NCBI GenBank assembly: GCA_945889005.1
Contig: CAMDBI010000011.1
Span: 1,379 to 65,378 of the forward strand
DNA: 64,000 nucleotides
Direction of reading: 5' to 3'
From: Bacteroides fragilis
GTDB taxonomy: Bacteria > Bacteroidota > Bacteroidia > Bacteroidales > DTGW01
Made by a program: the position numbers and the translations under genes. The stretch's first letter is position 1. Every line of letters begins with the position of its first letter. Positions 39,025-49,282 of the stretch are shown one piece after another. The notes below the pieces were generated by a model. It saw only the letters and a program-made list of their open reading frames with translations. It did not search any database and was not told where the DNA came from.

Positions 39025-41364
39025 GTGAGTGAATATCTGAAAGATCTGAATGAATCGCAACGCGAAGCCGTAGTAAATATAGATGGGCCTTCGTTGGTAA
39101 TAGCCGGAGCAGGCTCTGGAAAAACAAGAGTTTTGACTTACCGAATAGCCCAAATGCTCGAACAGGGAGTTCCGGCACGCTCTATACTGGCGCTTACCTT
39201 TACCAACAAAGCAGCCAAAGAAATGAAAGAGCGAATTGCCAAACTGGTTGGGCATGATGCATCGCGCAATATTTGGATGGGCACGTTTCACTCAATATTC
39301 TCGAGAATACTCCGCATTGAATCCGAAGCGCTTGGCTACCCTTCCAACTTTTCTATTTACGACACATCCGACTCCAAAAGTGTGATAAAGGCAGTGATGA
39401 AGGAGCTTCAGCTGGACGATCAAATATATAAGGTCAACGAAATGGTTTCTCGAATATCGATGTCGAAAAACAACCTGATAACACCGGCTGCCTACCTTGC
39501 CAACACCTATTTAGTCGACCAAGACAAGGCTGCACGCAAACCTCGAATAGTAGACATATACCGACTCTATTGTATCCGTTGCAAAAAATCAGGAGCCATG
39601 GATTTCGACGATTTATTGCTATATACCAACCTTCTGTTTCGCGATTTTCCCGATATACTCGAGAAGTATCGTCGTATTTTCCAATATATATTGGTCGACG
39701 AGTACCAAGATACCAATTTTTCGCAGTACCTGATTGTAAACAAACTTAGTAATGTTCACAGAAACCTTTGTGTGGTTGGCGACGACGCACAAAGTATATA
39801 CTCTTTCCGTGGTGCCCGAATCGAGAATATTCTCAATTTCAAAAACGACTACACCGACTACAAACTTTTTAAACTCGAACAAAACTACCGTTCGACCCAA
39901 AATATTGTAAACGCAGCCAATAGCCTAATATCGAGAAACAAAGATCAAATTCAGAAAAGAGTTTTTTCGGAAAATGAAGTTGGTGAGAAAATAAAAATTC
40001 TTGGCGCTGCTTCTGATCACGAAGAAGGTTTTCTGGTTGCCAATTCGATTTACGACATTCACCTATCGCAACAAGCTCTGTTTAGCCAGTTTGCCGTGTT
40101 GTACAGAACCAATGCTCAAAGTCGTATATTCGAAGATACTCTGCGTCGAAAGAATATACCATACAAAGTATACGGAAGCTTGTCGTTTTACCAACGAAAA
40201 GAAATTAAAGACCTGTTGGCATATATGAGGTTGGCATTAAATACAAGCGACGACGAAGCTTTTAAACGCATAGTCAACTATCCGGCTCGTGGTATAGGCG
40301 ACACAACTATGGAGAAGATAGAATCGTTTGCCAATAGCCAAAACCAAAGCATCTGGACTTTGGCCGACAGCCCCATGTTGGCCCTAACAGGCGTTAACAA
40401 AGGAACAATGAGCAAAGTAGAAGGTTTTGTGCAGCTTATAAAAGGCTTCTCGCAAAAACTTGTAACTACCGATGCATTTGATCTGGCCATGCATATTGCC
40501 AATGTAAGCGGCATTATCAAAGACATTAAAACCGAAAATACCATTGAAAGTCAAAGTCGATTCGAAAATATTCAGGAACTACTCAATAGTATTAAAGAAT
40601 TTAGCGAAGAAAATAAAAATGGCAATCAAATAGTTACACTCGACCGGTACATGGAAAACGTATCGCTACTGACCGACACCGATACCGAAGATAAGGAAAA
40701 CAGAGACAAAGTAAGCCTTATGACCATACATGCCTCTAAAGGATTGGAGTTTGACTATGTGTTTGTTGGAGGCATGGAAGAAGAGCTATTTCCATCGCAA
40801 ATGACTGCCAATACCCCCGATGGGCTAGAAGAAGAGCGCCGATTGTTTTATGTAGCCATTACCCGTGCCGGCAAACAAGTATACCTGTCGTACGCCGGTC
40901 ACCGATACAAATGGGGACAGCCCACAGTGTGCACTCCAAGCCGCTTTCTCAAAGACATTGATCCTCGCTATTTCGACGAACCCATTGAAATTGAAGAGCC
41001 GGTAAAATACGAAGAATACGATTACAATGAAATAAAAAAGAAACCCGAACGTGCAGAGCGAACATACGAGCGAAAACCAGCAAAACCCACTCCTACACAA
41101 ACCGTAAGTCCTACATTTTTCAATAGAAAAATGGTCGATATGAAAACTGCCAATCGGCAACGTGCTACTCAAACCGACGATTTTGAAGCATCCGATCCAG
41201 CATTGATACATGAGGGCTCAGAGGTATACCACCAACAATTTGGGATGGGGAAAGTTACCAATCTCGACGGCAACATGCCAAACACAAAAGCAACTGTGTT
41301 TTTCGAATCGGCTGGCGAAAAAAAACTATTGTTAAAGTTTGCCCGTTTGAAACTGGCACAATAA
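39025..41364 (+). CDS. UvrD/PcrA/Rep-family ATP-dependent DNA helicase
   Basis: 779 aa with a GTG start, Walker A AGAGSGKT, ..VDEYQDTN.., ..YRS.. and other SF1 motifs. Confidence 0.9.
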   Translation: MSEYLKDLNESQREAVVNIDGPSLVIAGAGSGKTRVLTYRIAQMLEQGVPARSILALTFTNKAAKEMKERIAKLVGHDASRNIWMGTFHSIFSRILRIESEALGYPSNFSIYDTSDSKSVIKAVMKELQLDDQIYKVNEMVSRISMSKNNLITPAAYLANTYLVDQDKAARKPRIVDIYRLYCIRCKKSGAMDFDDLLLYTNLLFRDFPDILEKYRRIFQYILVDEYQDTNFSQYLIVNKLSNVHRNLCVVGDDAQSIYSFRGARIENILNFKNDYTDYKLFKLEQNYRSTQNIVNAANSLISRNKDQIQKRVFSENEVGEKIKILGAASDHEEGFLVANSIYDIHLSQQALFSQFAVLYRTNAQSRIFEDTLRRKNIPYKVYGSLSFYQRKEIKDLLAYMRLALNTSDDEAFKRIVNYPARGIGDTTMEKIESFANSQNQSIWTLADSPMLALTGVNKGTMSKVEGFVQLIKGFSQKLVTTDAFDLAMHIANVSGIIKDIKTENTIESQSRFENIQELLNSIKEFSEENKNGNQIVTLDRYMENVSLLTDTDTEDKENRDKVSLMTIHASKGLEFDYVFVGGMEEELFPSQMTANTPDGLEEERRLFYVAITRAGKQVYLSYAGHRYKWGQPTVCTPSRFLKDIDPRYFDEPIEIEEPVKYEEYDYNEIKKKPERAERTYERKPAKPTPTQTVSPTFFNRKMVDMKTANRQRATQTDDFEASDPALIHEGSEVYHQQFGMGKVTNLDGNMPNTKATVFFESAGEKKLLLKFARLKLAQ

Positions 41365-41414
41365 AAAAAATTGCTATTTTAACGATAAGTGCGTAGATTT
41401 GTTGAAAATACTTT

Positions 41415-42044
41415 ATGATGAATTTCGATTATAATACCTCACGCAGCCATTTGATACTTCCCGAATATGGGCGAAACATACACAAAATGGTTGAACATGT
41501 AGTGAGCCTTACCGATCGCGAAGAACGCAACCGTGCTTCACGCACGCTTATTTCTGTTATGGGAAACCTTAACCCACACTTACGCGACATTGCCGATTTT
41601 AAACACAAACTTTGGGATCATTTAGCCATTATCTCTAATTTTAAATTAGATATTGACTGGCCCTACCCTTTGCCAACTGTCGAAATACTCAACGAACCCC
41701 CAAAAGTAGTTCCTTACAATCAAAATAAGATCAAGTACAAGCATTATGGCAAAGTGCTTGAACAAATGATAAAGAAAGCTGCAGATATGGAAGACGGTCC
41801 TGAGAAAAAATACTTGACCGAAAGCCTTGCCAATACATTGAAACGTTCGTATCTGACATGGAATCGCGAAGCTGTTACCGATGAAGTAGTATACAACGAT
41901 CTGAAAACCCTATCGGGCGATAAACTGGTAATTGAACAAGATCTGAAACTTTCCGAAACAAAAGATATTCTTCGCAACAAACATTACAAAACGCATCAGC
42001 AACAAAACTCAGGCCGACGCGTAATTAGAAAAGGTAAAATATAG
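41415..42044 (+). CDS. DUF4290-like protein
   Basis: 209 aa. The ..LILPEYGRNIHKMVEH.. ..REERNRASRTLISVMG.. pattern matches what I associate with DUF4290. Confidence 0.6.
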   Translation: MMNFDYNTSRSHLILPEYGRNIHKMVEHVVSLTDREERNRASRTLISVMGNLNPHLRDIADFKHKLWDHLAIISNFKLDIDWPYPLPTVEILNEPPKVVPYNQNKIKYKHYGKVLEQMIKKAADMEDGPEKKYLTESLANTLKRSYLTWNREAVTDEVVYNDLKTLSGDKLVIEQDLKLSETKDILRNKHYKTHQQQNSGRRVIRKGKI

Positions 42045-42054
42045 TATTGCATCT

Positions 42055-43362
42055 ATGAGTAGTTTTCAGGTTCAAGGTGGCTGCCGTTTAAAAGGCGAAA
42101 TTGTTCCAATGGGAGCCAAAAACGAAGCTTTTCAGGTTATTTGTGCTTGCTTGCTTACCGAGCAGGAAGTTATTATTTCAAATATTCCCGAAATACACGA
42201 TACTCGTATTCTTTTAGAACTACTCAGGAACTTAGGTGTAGAAGTTCTCCGATTAAGTGAAGGCAACTATTCTTTTAAGGCACAACATATCGATATAGAT
42301 TATTTGCAAACCGAAAAGTTCAAAAAGGAAGCCTCGAGTTTTCGAGGCTCGGTAATGATAGTCGGGCCCTTGCTTTCGCGCTTACGAAAAGCCTATATGC
42401 CTCGCCCAGGAGGCGACATGATTGGTCGCAGGCGATTAGACACTCATTTTATTGGGTTTCAAAAGTTAGGTGCAAAATTTGACTACGACCCCAAAGAAAG
42501 CTTTTACAGGGTAGAAGCATCGGAGCTCAAAGGCGCTTATATGCTGCTCGACGAGGCTTCGGTGACTGGTACTGCCAATATCATTATGGCTGCCGTAATG
42601 GCAACCGGAACTACTACGATATATAACGCTGCTTGTGAACCATACATACAACAGCTTTGCAAAATGCTCAACAGCATGGGAGCAAAAATAAGTGGAATAG
42701 GTTCAAACCTACTCACCATTGAAGGCGTTGAAGTATTGGGAGGTTGCACACACCGTCTGTTGCCCGATATGCTCGAAGTAGGAAGTTTTATTGGGCTTGC
42801 AGCTATGACCCATTCGGAACTAACCATTAAAGATGTTGCATACAACGAATTAGGGATGATCCCCGATGCCTTTAAACGCTTGGGCATTCAAATAGAACTA
42901 CGTGGCGACGATCTATACATTCCTTCGCAAGAAGAATACGAAATTGAATCGTTTATAGATGGCTCTATTATGACCATTGCCGATGCACCCTGGCCGGGAC
43001 TCACTCCAGATTTGCTAAGCGTTTTTTTGGTCATAGCCACACAAGCCAAAGGTAGCGTGCTCATACACCAAAAAATGTTCGAAAGCCGCTTATTTTTTGT
43101 CGATAAGCTCATCGAAATGGGTGCTCAAATAATTCTATGCGATCCACATCGTGCAACGGTTATAGGACTCAACAACCGTTTCAGCCTTAGAGGACTCACC
43201 ATGTCGTCGCCCGACATACGTGCCGGAATGGCTTTGCTTATTGCAGCCATGTCGGCTCAGGGCAAAAGCACCATACACAACATAGAGCAAATAGACCGCG
43301 GATACCAGCAAGTAGACAAACGCCTCAACGCTTTGGGCGCAAATATTGTACGAATTGAATAA
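42055..43362 (+). CDS. murA: UDP-N-acetylglucosamine 1-carboxyvinyltransferase
   Basis: 435 aa with the EPSP-synthase-fold repeat pattern, ..GAKNEA.. and ..RPGGDMIGRRRLDTH... Confidence 0.93.
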   Translation: MSSFQVQGGCRLKGEIVPMGAKNEAFQVICACLLTEQEVIISNIPEIHDTRILLELLRNLGVEVLRLSEGNYSFKAQHIDIDYLQTEKFKKEASSFRGSVMIVGPLLSRLRKAYMPRPGGDMIGRRRLDTHFIGFQKLGAKFDYDPKESFYRVEASELKGAYMLLDEASVTGTANIIMAAVMATGTTTIYNAACEPYIQQLCKMLNSMGAKISGIGSNLLTIEGVEVLGGCTHRLLPDMLEVGSFIGLAAMTHSELTIKDVAYNELGMIPDAFKRLGIQIELRGDDLYIPSQEEYEIESFIDGSIMTIADAPWPGLTPDLLSVFLVIATQAKGSVLIHQKMFESRLFFVDKLIEMGAQIILCDPHRATVIGLNNRFSLRGLTMSSPDIRAGMALLIAAMSAQGKSTIHNIEQIDRGYQQVDKRLNALGANIVRIE

Positions 43363-43408
43363 ACAAAACTTGATCTGATTAGTTTATAATTTTCATTGCA
43401 GCATATCG

Positions 43409-43783
43409 TTGAAAACAATTGTCAAGATTTTACTTATTGTAAGTGGCTTTATATCTCTAATATTGGCGATTATCGGTATATTCCTGCCACTACTTCCTAC
43501 AACTCCATTACTTCTCTTATCGGCTTATTGTTTTGCCAAAAGCTCAGAAAAGTTCCGGTATTGGCTTTTGAACAATCGGTATTTTGGGAAAACAATTGAC
43601 GACTATCAACAAGGTAGAGGCGTATCGAAAAAAATAAAAATAACAGCCTTGGCATTTATGTGGTTGAGCATACTGAGTACCTGCATATTACTAGTTTCGG
43701 CACCTTGGCTTATAATACTGCTTGTATGCATTGCTATTGGAGTAACCTGGCATGTACTGAAATTAAAAACGAGTGGTAAATGA
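43409..43783 (+). CDS. DUF454 / YbaN-family inner-membrane protein
   Basis: 124 aa with a TTG start and ..IGIFLPLLPTTPLLLLSAYCFAKSSEKFRYWLLNNRYFG.. typical of YbaN. Confidence 0.75.
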   Translation: MKTIVKILLIVSGFISLILAIIGIFLPLLPTTPLLLLSAYCFAKSSEKFRYWLLNNRYFGKTIDDYQQGRGVSKKIKITALAFMWLSILSTCILLVSAPWLIILLVCIAIGVTWHVLKLKTSGK

Positions 43784-43954
43784 GTTTTCTTAAAACTCTT
43801 CCAAGCTTTTCTTTAAAAATTCGCTATACATGCTGCTACATGGAATCTTTGTAAAACTCCTATCGTTTAGTTGAATGAGCAGTTTGCCATTGAAGAATTT
43901 CTGAAGTTCTAACACCTTGTGCTTGTTTACAATATAGGTTCAGAAATTTGTTAT

Positions 43955-44338
43955 TTAAATTAGCCCAGTAATTCTTGATACAAATCCCTCGGCTTGTTCA
44001 AATAATTTTGAAGCTGTCTCATTATCATACAAAACAAAATCATCATAATCACCCGTTTGCCTCCTATCATAAAGATCTGCAAAAAAACGTCCATCTTCTC
44101 TATCGACCAAACCGCATTGTACAAAATGCAATCCAAACATTTGTCTAATCCCTTTATGCGAACTTGTATCAACATTCTTTTTTAGAAGCAGGGCACTTAC
44201 TGCATAAAAACAAGAATAGTAAATCCTATTTACAGAAGCATTCCAAAATTCATTGTCAATCATGGCTTTTGCTTCTCTTAAAGTCTCAAAAGACCTATTC
44301 ATACGATATTCAATCAGGTCATTTAAATCCCCATTCAT
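43955..44338 (-). CDS. HEPN-domain toxin-like protein
   Basis: 127 aa and helical, with ..DRRQTGDYDD.. (the RxxxxH-region analogue of HEPN partners of MNT). It overlaps the upstream MNT gene by 4 nt. Confidence 0.75.
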   Translation of the reverse strand: MNGDLNDLIEYRMNRSFETLREAKAMIDNEFWNASVNRIYYSCFYAVSALLLKKNVDTSSHKGIRQMFGLHFVQCGLVDREDGRFFADLYDRRQTGDYDDFVLYDNETASKLFEQAEGFVSRITGLI

Positions 44339-44652
44339 AACAGAACACCCTCCTGAGAAATATTATTATATAATGGAGTTACAGAATGACGTGTTTCCCA
44401 ATCTTTACGACTAAATATCAATGGACTTATAATTTTGCCTGTTTCAAATTCCAAATCATACAAAGGGTATTTTATTCTCTTTTCATCTGAATAAGTTACA
44501 TTATCATTATCAACAAGTATAAGCAAATCAATATCAGACTGTTTTTTATTTTGTCCACGTGCAAACGAACCATATAATATTACTGTAGCAGTAGGTTCAA
44601 CTAAATTTACCAATTGCTTAATTCTCAATAATATTTTTTTATTTTTTATCAT
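44335..44652 (-). CDS. minimal nucleotidyltransferase (MNT) antitoxin-like protein
   Basis: From ATG 44652: MIKNKKILLRIKQL.. ..LYGSFARGQNKKQSDIDLLILVD.. (GS..D.D NTase motif). The longer ORF to 44742 overlaps the neighbouring gene. Confidence 0.78.
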   Translation of the reverse strand: MIKNKKILLRIKQLVNLVEPTATVILYGSFARGQNKKQSDIDLLILVDNDNVTYSDEKRIKYPLYDLEFETGKIISPLIFSRKDWETRHSVTPLYNNISQEGVLL

Positions 44653-44738
44653 GTTCAAATATACAAAAATCAGACAATGATAGGATGGTTCTGGATTTTT
44701 TTTGTGCTTAACTAATGTATTACCCATGAATATAAAAA

Positions 44739-45566
44739 TCATTTCTTTGCCTCATCGATACTAAAGCGCTCCTGAATATAATTGATAATTTCGTTGGCGG
44801 TCGATTCGATGGGCTTGTTGGTAACATCGATGGTTGTGAAGCCTCCTCGCTCGAAAACGTTATTGGCATAGGCTAGCTCCATACGCACAATGCTCGAATC
44901 GAGATAAGAAGTTGAGTCGAAATTGCCCATTTTCGTGACTCGTTCTTTTCGTTGGGCTATGAGGCTTCCCGAATAGATCGACAGTCCAAAAACCCTACGA
45001 GGATCGACCTTAAACAAGTCTTCGGGTGGTGGAACTTCTCGTACCAAAGGCACATTGGCTACTTTCCAGCCCAACATGGCCATATATACGCTCAAAGGCG
45101 TTTTCCCTGCACGCGAAACTCCGGTCAATACAATGTCGGCCTGAAATATTTTGTCGGTATTCATACCATCGTCGACCGAAAGGGTAAATTCTATGGCTGC
45201 AATTCTATCGAAATATTCCTGATTCATTTTCCGAAATAAACCCGGCACCTGTATGGGTTCTGTATTGAGCCTGTTTGACAGGTAATCGCTCAATGGACCC
45301 ATAAGGTCGAAGCTTGGTACATCGTATTCCTGGCAATATTTATTTAGGGCCGATCGAATCTGCTTGTTGACCATGGTATGAACAATAATGCCATTATTCC
45401 CCTTGGCTTTAAGTACAACTCGAAGCACTTCTTCTTCTGTATGCACATCTGATTCGATGTTGGTAGGGATTTTGAAATCGGGAAACTGTACCAACAAAGC
45501 CTTTAGTACGTGTTCGCCTGCCAAACCCTTGCCCCCCGATACATTGTAAATGTGAGGAATATCCAT
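44739..45566 (-). CDS. PEP synthase / pyruvate-phosphate dikinase regulatory kinase-pyrophosphorylase (PpsR/PDRP, DUF299)
   Basis: From ATG 45566 (MDIPHIYNVSGG..) with the P-loop ..TGVSRAGKTPLSVYMA... The length of about 275 aa is typical. Confidence 0.85.
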   Translation of the reverse strand: MDIPHIYNVSGGKGLAGEHVLKALLVQFPDFKIPTNIESDVHTEEEVLRVVLKAKGNNGIIVHTMVNKQIRSALNKYCQEYDVPSFDLMGPLSDYLSNRLNTEPIQVPGLFRKMNQEYFDRIAAIEFTLSVDDGMNTDKIFQADIVLTGVSRAGKTPLSVYMAMLGWKVANVPLVREVPPPEDLFKVDPRRVFGLSIYSGSLIAQRKERVTKMGNFDSTSYLDSSIVRMELAYANNVFERGGFTTIDVTNKPIESTANEIINYIQERFSIDEAKK

Positions 45567-45741
45567 AATACTGTTTTTAAAGAATTTAAAATGTAAAAAT
45601 TCATTCACCGAGCAAAATCCCGAATTCGTCGAAATCTTTTTACCTAAATTTAGCAAAAGTTAATAAATTCGCATGAATAATCCAAGAGCATAATTGTTTT
45701 TATAATATATAGAAATCAAACAATCTCATTTATTTCAAACG

Positions 45742-46365
45742 ATGAAAAATCTAAAGTTTTTACTAATTCTTTTCGCATCAATCTCGCTTCTTATTCTCTC
45801 TTCTTACACAATTCATCAAGAAACCCCATGGGTAAAAGAAGTTGACAAAAAAGGAATTGTAGTTTATACACGTAACATACCCGCTTCGTCTATAAAAGAA
45901 TTCAAGGCACAAACAACGATTAAAGCACCATTAAGTAAAATAGTCACACTGCTTAAGGATATAAAATCATACCCACAATGGATTTATGCAACCGAGGGTT
46001 CATATTTAATTCAACGAAAGAGCGATACGGAATTTATATACTATTCGAAAATTAAGCTTCCCAAACCGGTAGAGGATCGCGACCTTATTGCACACATGAA
46101 AGTAGTTGAGTTGACCGATAAAAAATGTTTGATCAAATCGAGCAGTCTGCCAAAATTTATTGCCGAAAAACCTAGTATCGTAAGGGTTAAAGAATTTAAA
46201 GGCAGCTGGGAACTCACCAGCATTAGCAATAACGAAACTTTGGTTGTCATGCAAAGTCATACAGACCCTGCAGGCACCATTCCTCCATGGCTTATCAATT
46301 CGATGCTAATGGCTGGCCCTTTTGAAACGCTCGAGAAAATGAGTAAAATACTCTTGACAAGATAA
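45742..46365 (+). CDS. secreted START/SRPBCC lipid-binding-domain protein
   Basis: 207 aa. A signal peptide is followed by ..WVKEVDKKGIVVYTR.. ..FKAQTTIKAP.. ..YPQW.. in a START-like pattern. Confidence 0.6.
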   Translation: MKNLKFLLILFASISLLILSSYTIHQETPWVKEVDKKGIVVYTRNIPASSIKEFKAQTTIKAPLSKIVTLLKDIKSYPQWIYATEGSYLIQRKSDTEFIYYSKIKLPKPVEDRDLIAHMKVVELTDKKCLIKSSSLPKFIAEKPSIVRVKEFKGSWELTSISNNETLVVMQSHTDPAGTIPPWLINSMLMAGPFETLEKMSKILLTR

Positions 46366-46371
46366 AACTTC

Positions 46372-46671
46372 CTATAAAGCAACCTGAATAATAACAATTA
46401 TAAAAGCTATTACAAAAGTAGCTCCTAAAGCTCCACTAGCAGCTTTGAGATAGTCGAGCCAAATAAATATAAAGAAAACCAATAAATTGGGAACGACACA
46501 CAGGCTTAACAGCTTGGTTAGTGAGCCCATACGAGTTAGAAAACTAAAAAACTCAATAATACTATGGTTTTCGTAAAGTTTGTAATACGATACATAGAGG
46601 GTTGCGATAGGAGCCAAAATAGCGGGAACAAAACCAGCCCATATTTGGTCAAACTTAGCACGTGCATCCAT
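46372..46671 (-). CDS. small membrane protein
   Basis: 99 aa with 3 TM helices. Its start abuts the surE stop. Confidence 0.45.
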   Translation of the reverse strand: MDARAKFDQIWAGFVPAILAPIATLYVSYYKLYENHSIIEFFSFLTRMGSLTKLLSLCVVPNLLVFFIFIWLDYLKAASGALGATFVIAFIIVIIQVAL

Positions 46672-47487
46672 TTAAAACCTCCACTTTTTCATTTGTTCGA
46701 GCATGGTGTACGAAGTAAAATCGACTTGAACAGGCACCACTGATACAAAATTGTTGCGCAATGCCCATTCGTCGGTGTCTTCGGCATGAGGTTCGAGGTC
46801 TTCGAAAGTGCCTGTTAGCCAGTAATAGTCGTATCCATTGGGATCGGTGCGATGCTCGAACTCTTCGCGCCACACGCCACGGTTTTGGCGACAGGGTTTA
46901 ATACCAGTAATATCTGCAATAGATTTGTCGGGTATATTCACATTGAGACACATACCACGCGGCAAACCATTTTCGATTACTTGCGCTACCACTTGTCTAA
47001 CATAATGCTTGGCAACAGTGAAATCGGCATTTTTAGAGAAATTCAGTAACGAACACCCAATAGCCGGAATATCGTTGAGGCAACCCTCGATTGCTGCTGC
47101 CATAGTTCCCGAATAAATAACACTCGACGATGCATTTCCCCCATGATTGATGCCCGAAAGCAATAAATCGGGTCGACGAGGCAACAATTGGTTAATAGCC
47201 ATTTTTACACAATCGACCGGGGTTCCGTTGCAGGTATATATTGTTGAATCTGATCCTTCATGTATTTTGTAAACTCTTATCGGAGTTTTTATAGTAATGG
47301 CATGCGATTGACCGCTCTGCCCTTCGGTAGGTGCTACTACAAATACTTGTCCAAATTGTTTGGCTACCTCTATCAATGCTTCTAAGCCTTTGGCATGAAT
47401 GCCATCGTCGTTCGTTACCAATATTAATCGTTCGCTCACTTTGCTTTTTTTTTCAAAAATAAGAAATTTAAATTGCTTACTATACAT
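46672..47487 (-). CDS. surE: 5'/3'-nucleotidase SurE
   Basis: 271 aa with ..ILVTNDDGIHAKG.. and ..SGINHGGN... Confidence 0.9.
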   Translation of the reverse strand: MYSKQFKFLIFEKKSKVSERLILVTNDDGIHAKGLEALIEVAKQFGQVFVVAPTEGQSGQSHAITIKTPIRVYKIHEGSDSTIYTCNGTPVDCVKMAINQLLPRRPDLLLSGINHGGNASSSVIYSGTMAAAIEGCLNDIPAIGCSLLNFSKNADFTVAKHYVRQVVAQVIENGLPRGMCLNVNIPDKSIADITGIKPCRQNRGVWREEFEHRTDPNGYDYYWLTGTFEDLEPHAEDTDEWALRNNFVSVVPVQVDFTSYTMLEQMKKWRF

Positions 47488-47796
47488 TTTGAAAATGCAT
47501 ATTTACAACAAACAATAAACTTAATATTTCGGTAATAATTGAGTAATATTCGTTTGATACCTTTGAAATATTACAAATAAAAACACTTTGATATGAAAAA
47601 CGCAAAACCCTTTGAACTTTTCTTCATGGCAAAAAAAGAAGATGAAGAAAACGACGATTTATTATATCTCGACGAATATGGTTCATTTGAAATGAGTGCA
47701 AACTTTGAAACGGTATATTTGAATTGAAAAGTTATGAGGTAAAATGGCACAACTATTGCTCATGAATTTTTTATTTCATTAGCACAAACATTAAGG

Positions 47797-48372
47797 ATGA
47801 TCTTTTATCAAAAACCTATTTCTTTTATTTTTATAATTTCAATTGCTTTTAATTCAATCGCATTTTCTCAAAAGACAGTAAATGTATTACGTAAGGATAA
47901 TTTTTCGTACGAAGTGACCTGTGATATTACGTTCCTGAATAATGTATCAAAAGAACTCCTTGACTTTTGTTGGAATATGGAGAATATTAAAAAAATGCTA
48001 GCTGATGAACCTGTTGTGATTGAGTATTCGACTAAAGGCTATCAGCAAACTATCTCGTACGATTATTCATTTATATTTATGCGCTACTTTTCGCAGTACG
48101 AGCGCAAACTAAAACCTTCAGAAAGTAAAATAAGCTTCAAACTCACCAAAAACGAATGTTCAATACCTTTTATTCCAAACCTACAAAATGGTTATGGCGA
48201 ATACATTGTAAAATCGAACTATAAAACAACCACTGTCCATTACTATCAATATATTAGATGCGACGGTACTTTGCGCGATTTTTATTTCAATTACATAAAA
48301 AAAGATATTGTTAAATATTTTAATACATTTGAAAACGAGTTTTTAAAAACATTGAAAAATGCTAATCGCTAA
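47797..48372 (+). CDS. secreted hypothetical protein, first long gene of a two-radical-SAM operon
   Basis: 191 aa with a signal peptide. It overlaps the next gene by 14 nt. No family recognised. Confidence 0.5.
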   Translation: MIFYQKPISFIFIISIAFNSIAFSQKTVNVLRKDNFSYEVTCDITFLNNVSKELLDFCWNMENIKKMLADEPVVIEYSTKGYQQTISYDYSFIFMRYFSQYERKLKPSESKISFKLTKNECSIPFIPNLQNGYGEYIVKSNYKTTTVHYYQYIRCDGTLRDFYFNYIKKDIVKYFNTFENEFLKTLKNANR

Positions 48373-49282
48373 ATACTTTTTAAATTCAATACTTTATACT
48401 TTTAAATCAAAAATATTACGAAAAAATGTTCCATTTATAGCAGGGGTGGTCATTAACAACGATTGTAATTTGAAGTGTAGTCAATGTTTTCTGCAAAACG
48501 AAAAAAGAACAACTTTGTCCATTCAGCAAATTTCGGACGGATTAGACCAATTGTATTCGCGAGGCATACGTTCTGTTGCCATTACAGGTGGCGAACCATT
48601 TATGTGGCGCGATGGCAATCTGAGGCTCAACAATGTTTTCAATTTGATTTATAAAAAAGGGTTTATGGTATCGAGTGTATATACCAATGGAACATTTGCT
48701 ATAAACACCTCTGCAGACAATGTATTTGTAAGCATCGACGGTACCGAAGCAACCACCAACAAGCTTAGGGGGCCAGTTTTTCATACAGTTATCAATAACA
48801 TCAAAGCATCGAAACACCCCAAGATTTTTATCAATTACACCATCAACAGCTTAAACTACACTGAAATCGAACAGTTTTGCCAATTTATAAAAACAATTCC
48901 ACAGATAAAAGGTGTGTTTTTTTATTTCTATACACCATATAATTCGATAGACGAACTCTATCTTTCGCGCGATGAAAGGGTTGAAATAGCTCGAAAAATT
49001 ATAGCTTTGAAAAAAATATATAAAATATTGAACTCACATGCTGCCCTCAACGATTTCATAAACAATAACTGGAGTCGTCCCTCTGATGTTTGTTTGGTAT
49101 ATTCCGACAAAGCCGAGATTGTTCGTTGTTGTCGTACTATTAAAAACCAAGAAGCATGCGACAACTGTGGATATTTGGGATACCTCGAAGTAATCGATGT
49201 TACAAAATTTAAACTCAGTGCAGTATGGGAAGCATTCAATTATTTGCCCAACAAAAGTTCGAGGGAAAGTTATGTTAATTAG
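48359..49282 (+). CDS. radical SAM protein
   Basis: 307 aa with CX3CX2C (NNDCNLKCSQCF), GGEPF, and a C-terminal Cys cluster (CCRTIKNQEACDNCGY). Confidence 0.8.
   Translation: MLIAKYFLNSILYTFKSKILRKNVPFIAGVVINNDCNLKCSQCFLQNEKRTTLSIQQISDGLDQLYSRGIRSVAITGGEPFMWRDGNLRLNNVFNLIYKKGFMVSSVYTNGTFAINTSADNVFVSIDGTEATTNKLRGPVFHTVINNIKASKHPKIFINYTINSLNYTEIEQFCQFIKTIPQIKGVFFYFYTPYNSIDELYLSRDERVEIARKIIALKKIYKILNSHAALNDFINNNWSRPSDVCLVYSDKAEIVRCCRTIKNQEACDNCGYLGYLEVIDVTKFKLSAVWEAFNYLPNKSSRESYVN

Noticed and set aside
38935-39291. 118-aa minus-strand ORF and its nested 69-aa ORF
   Set aside because: They are antisense to the well-supported UvrD-like helicase start and have no motifs.
43396-43599. 67-aa ORF overlapping the ybaN-like gene
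   Set aside because: It is an alternative frame of the same strand. The YbaN frame has the diagnostic LPLLPTTP motif and this one has none.
43784-43954. 49-codon open frame on the minus strand (..VNKHKVLELQKFFNGKLLIQLNDRSFTKIPCSSMYSEFLKKSLEEF*) next to the HEPN gene
   Set aside because: It has no ATG start and I cannot assign a family. It is treated only as a possible gene remnant.
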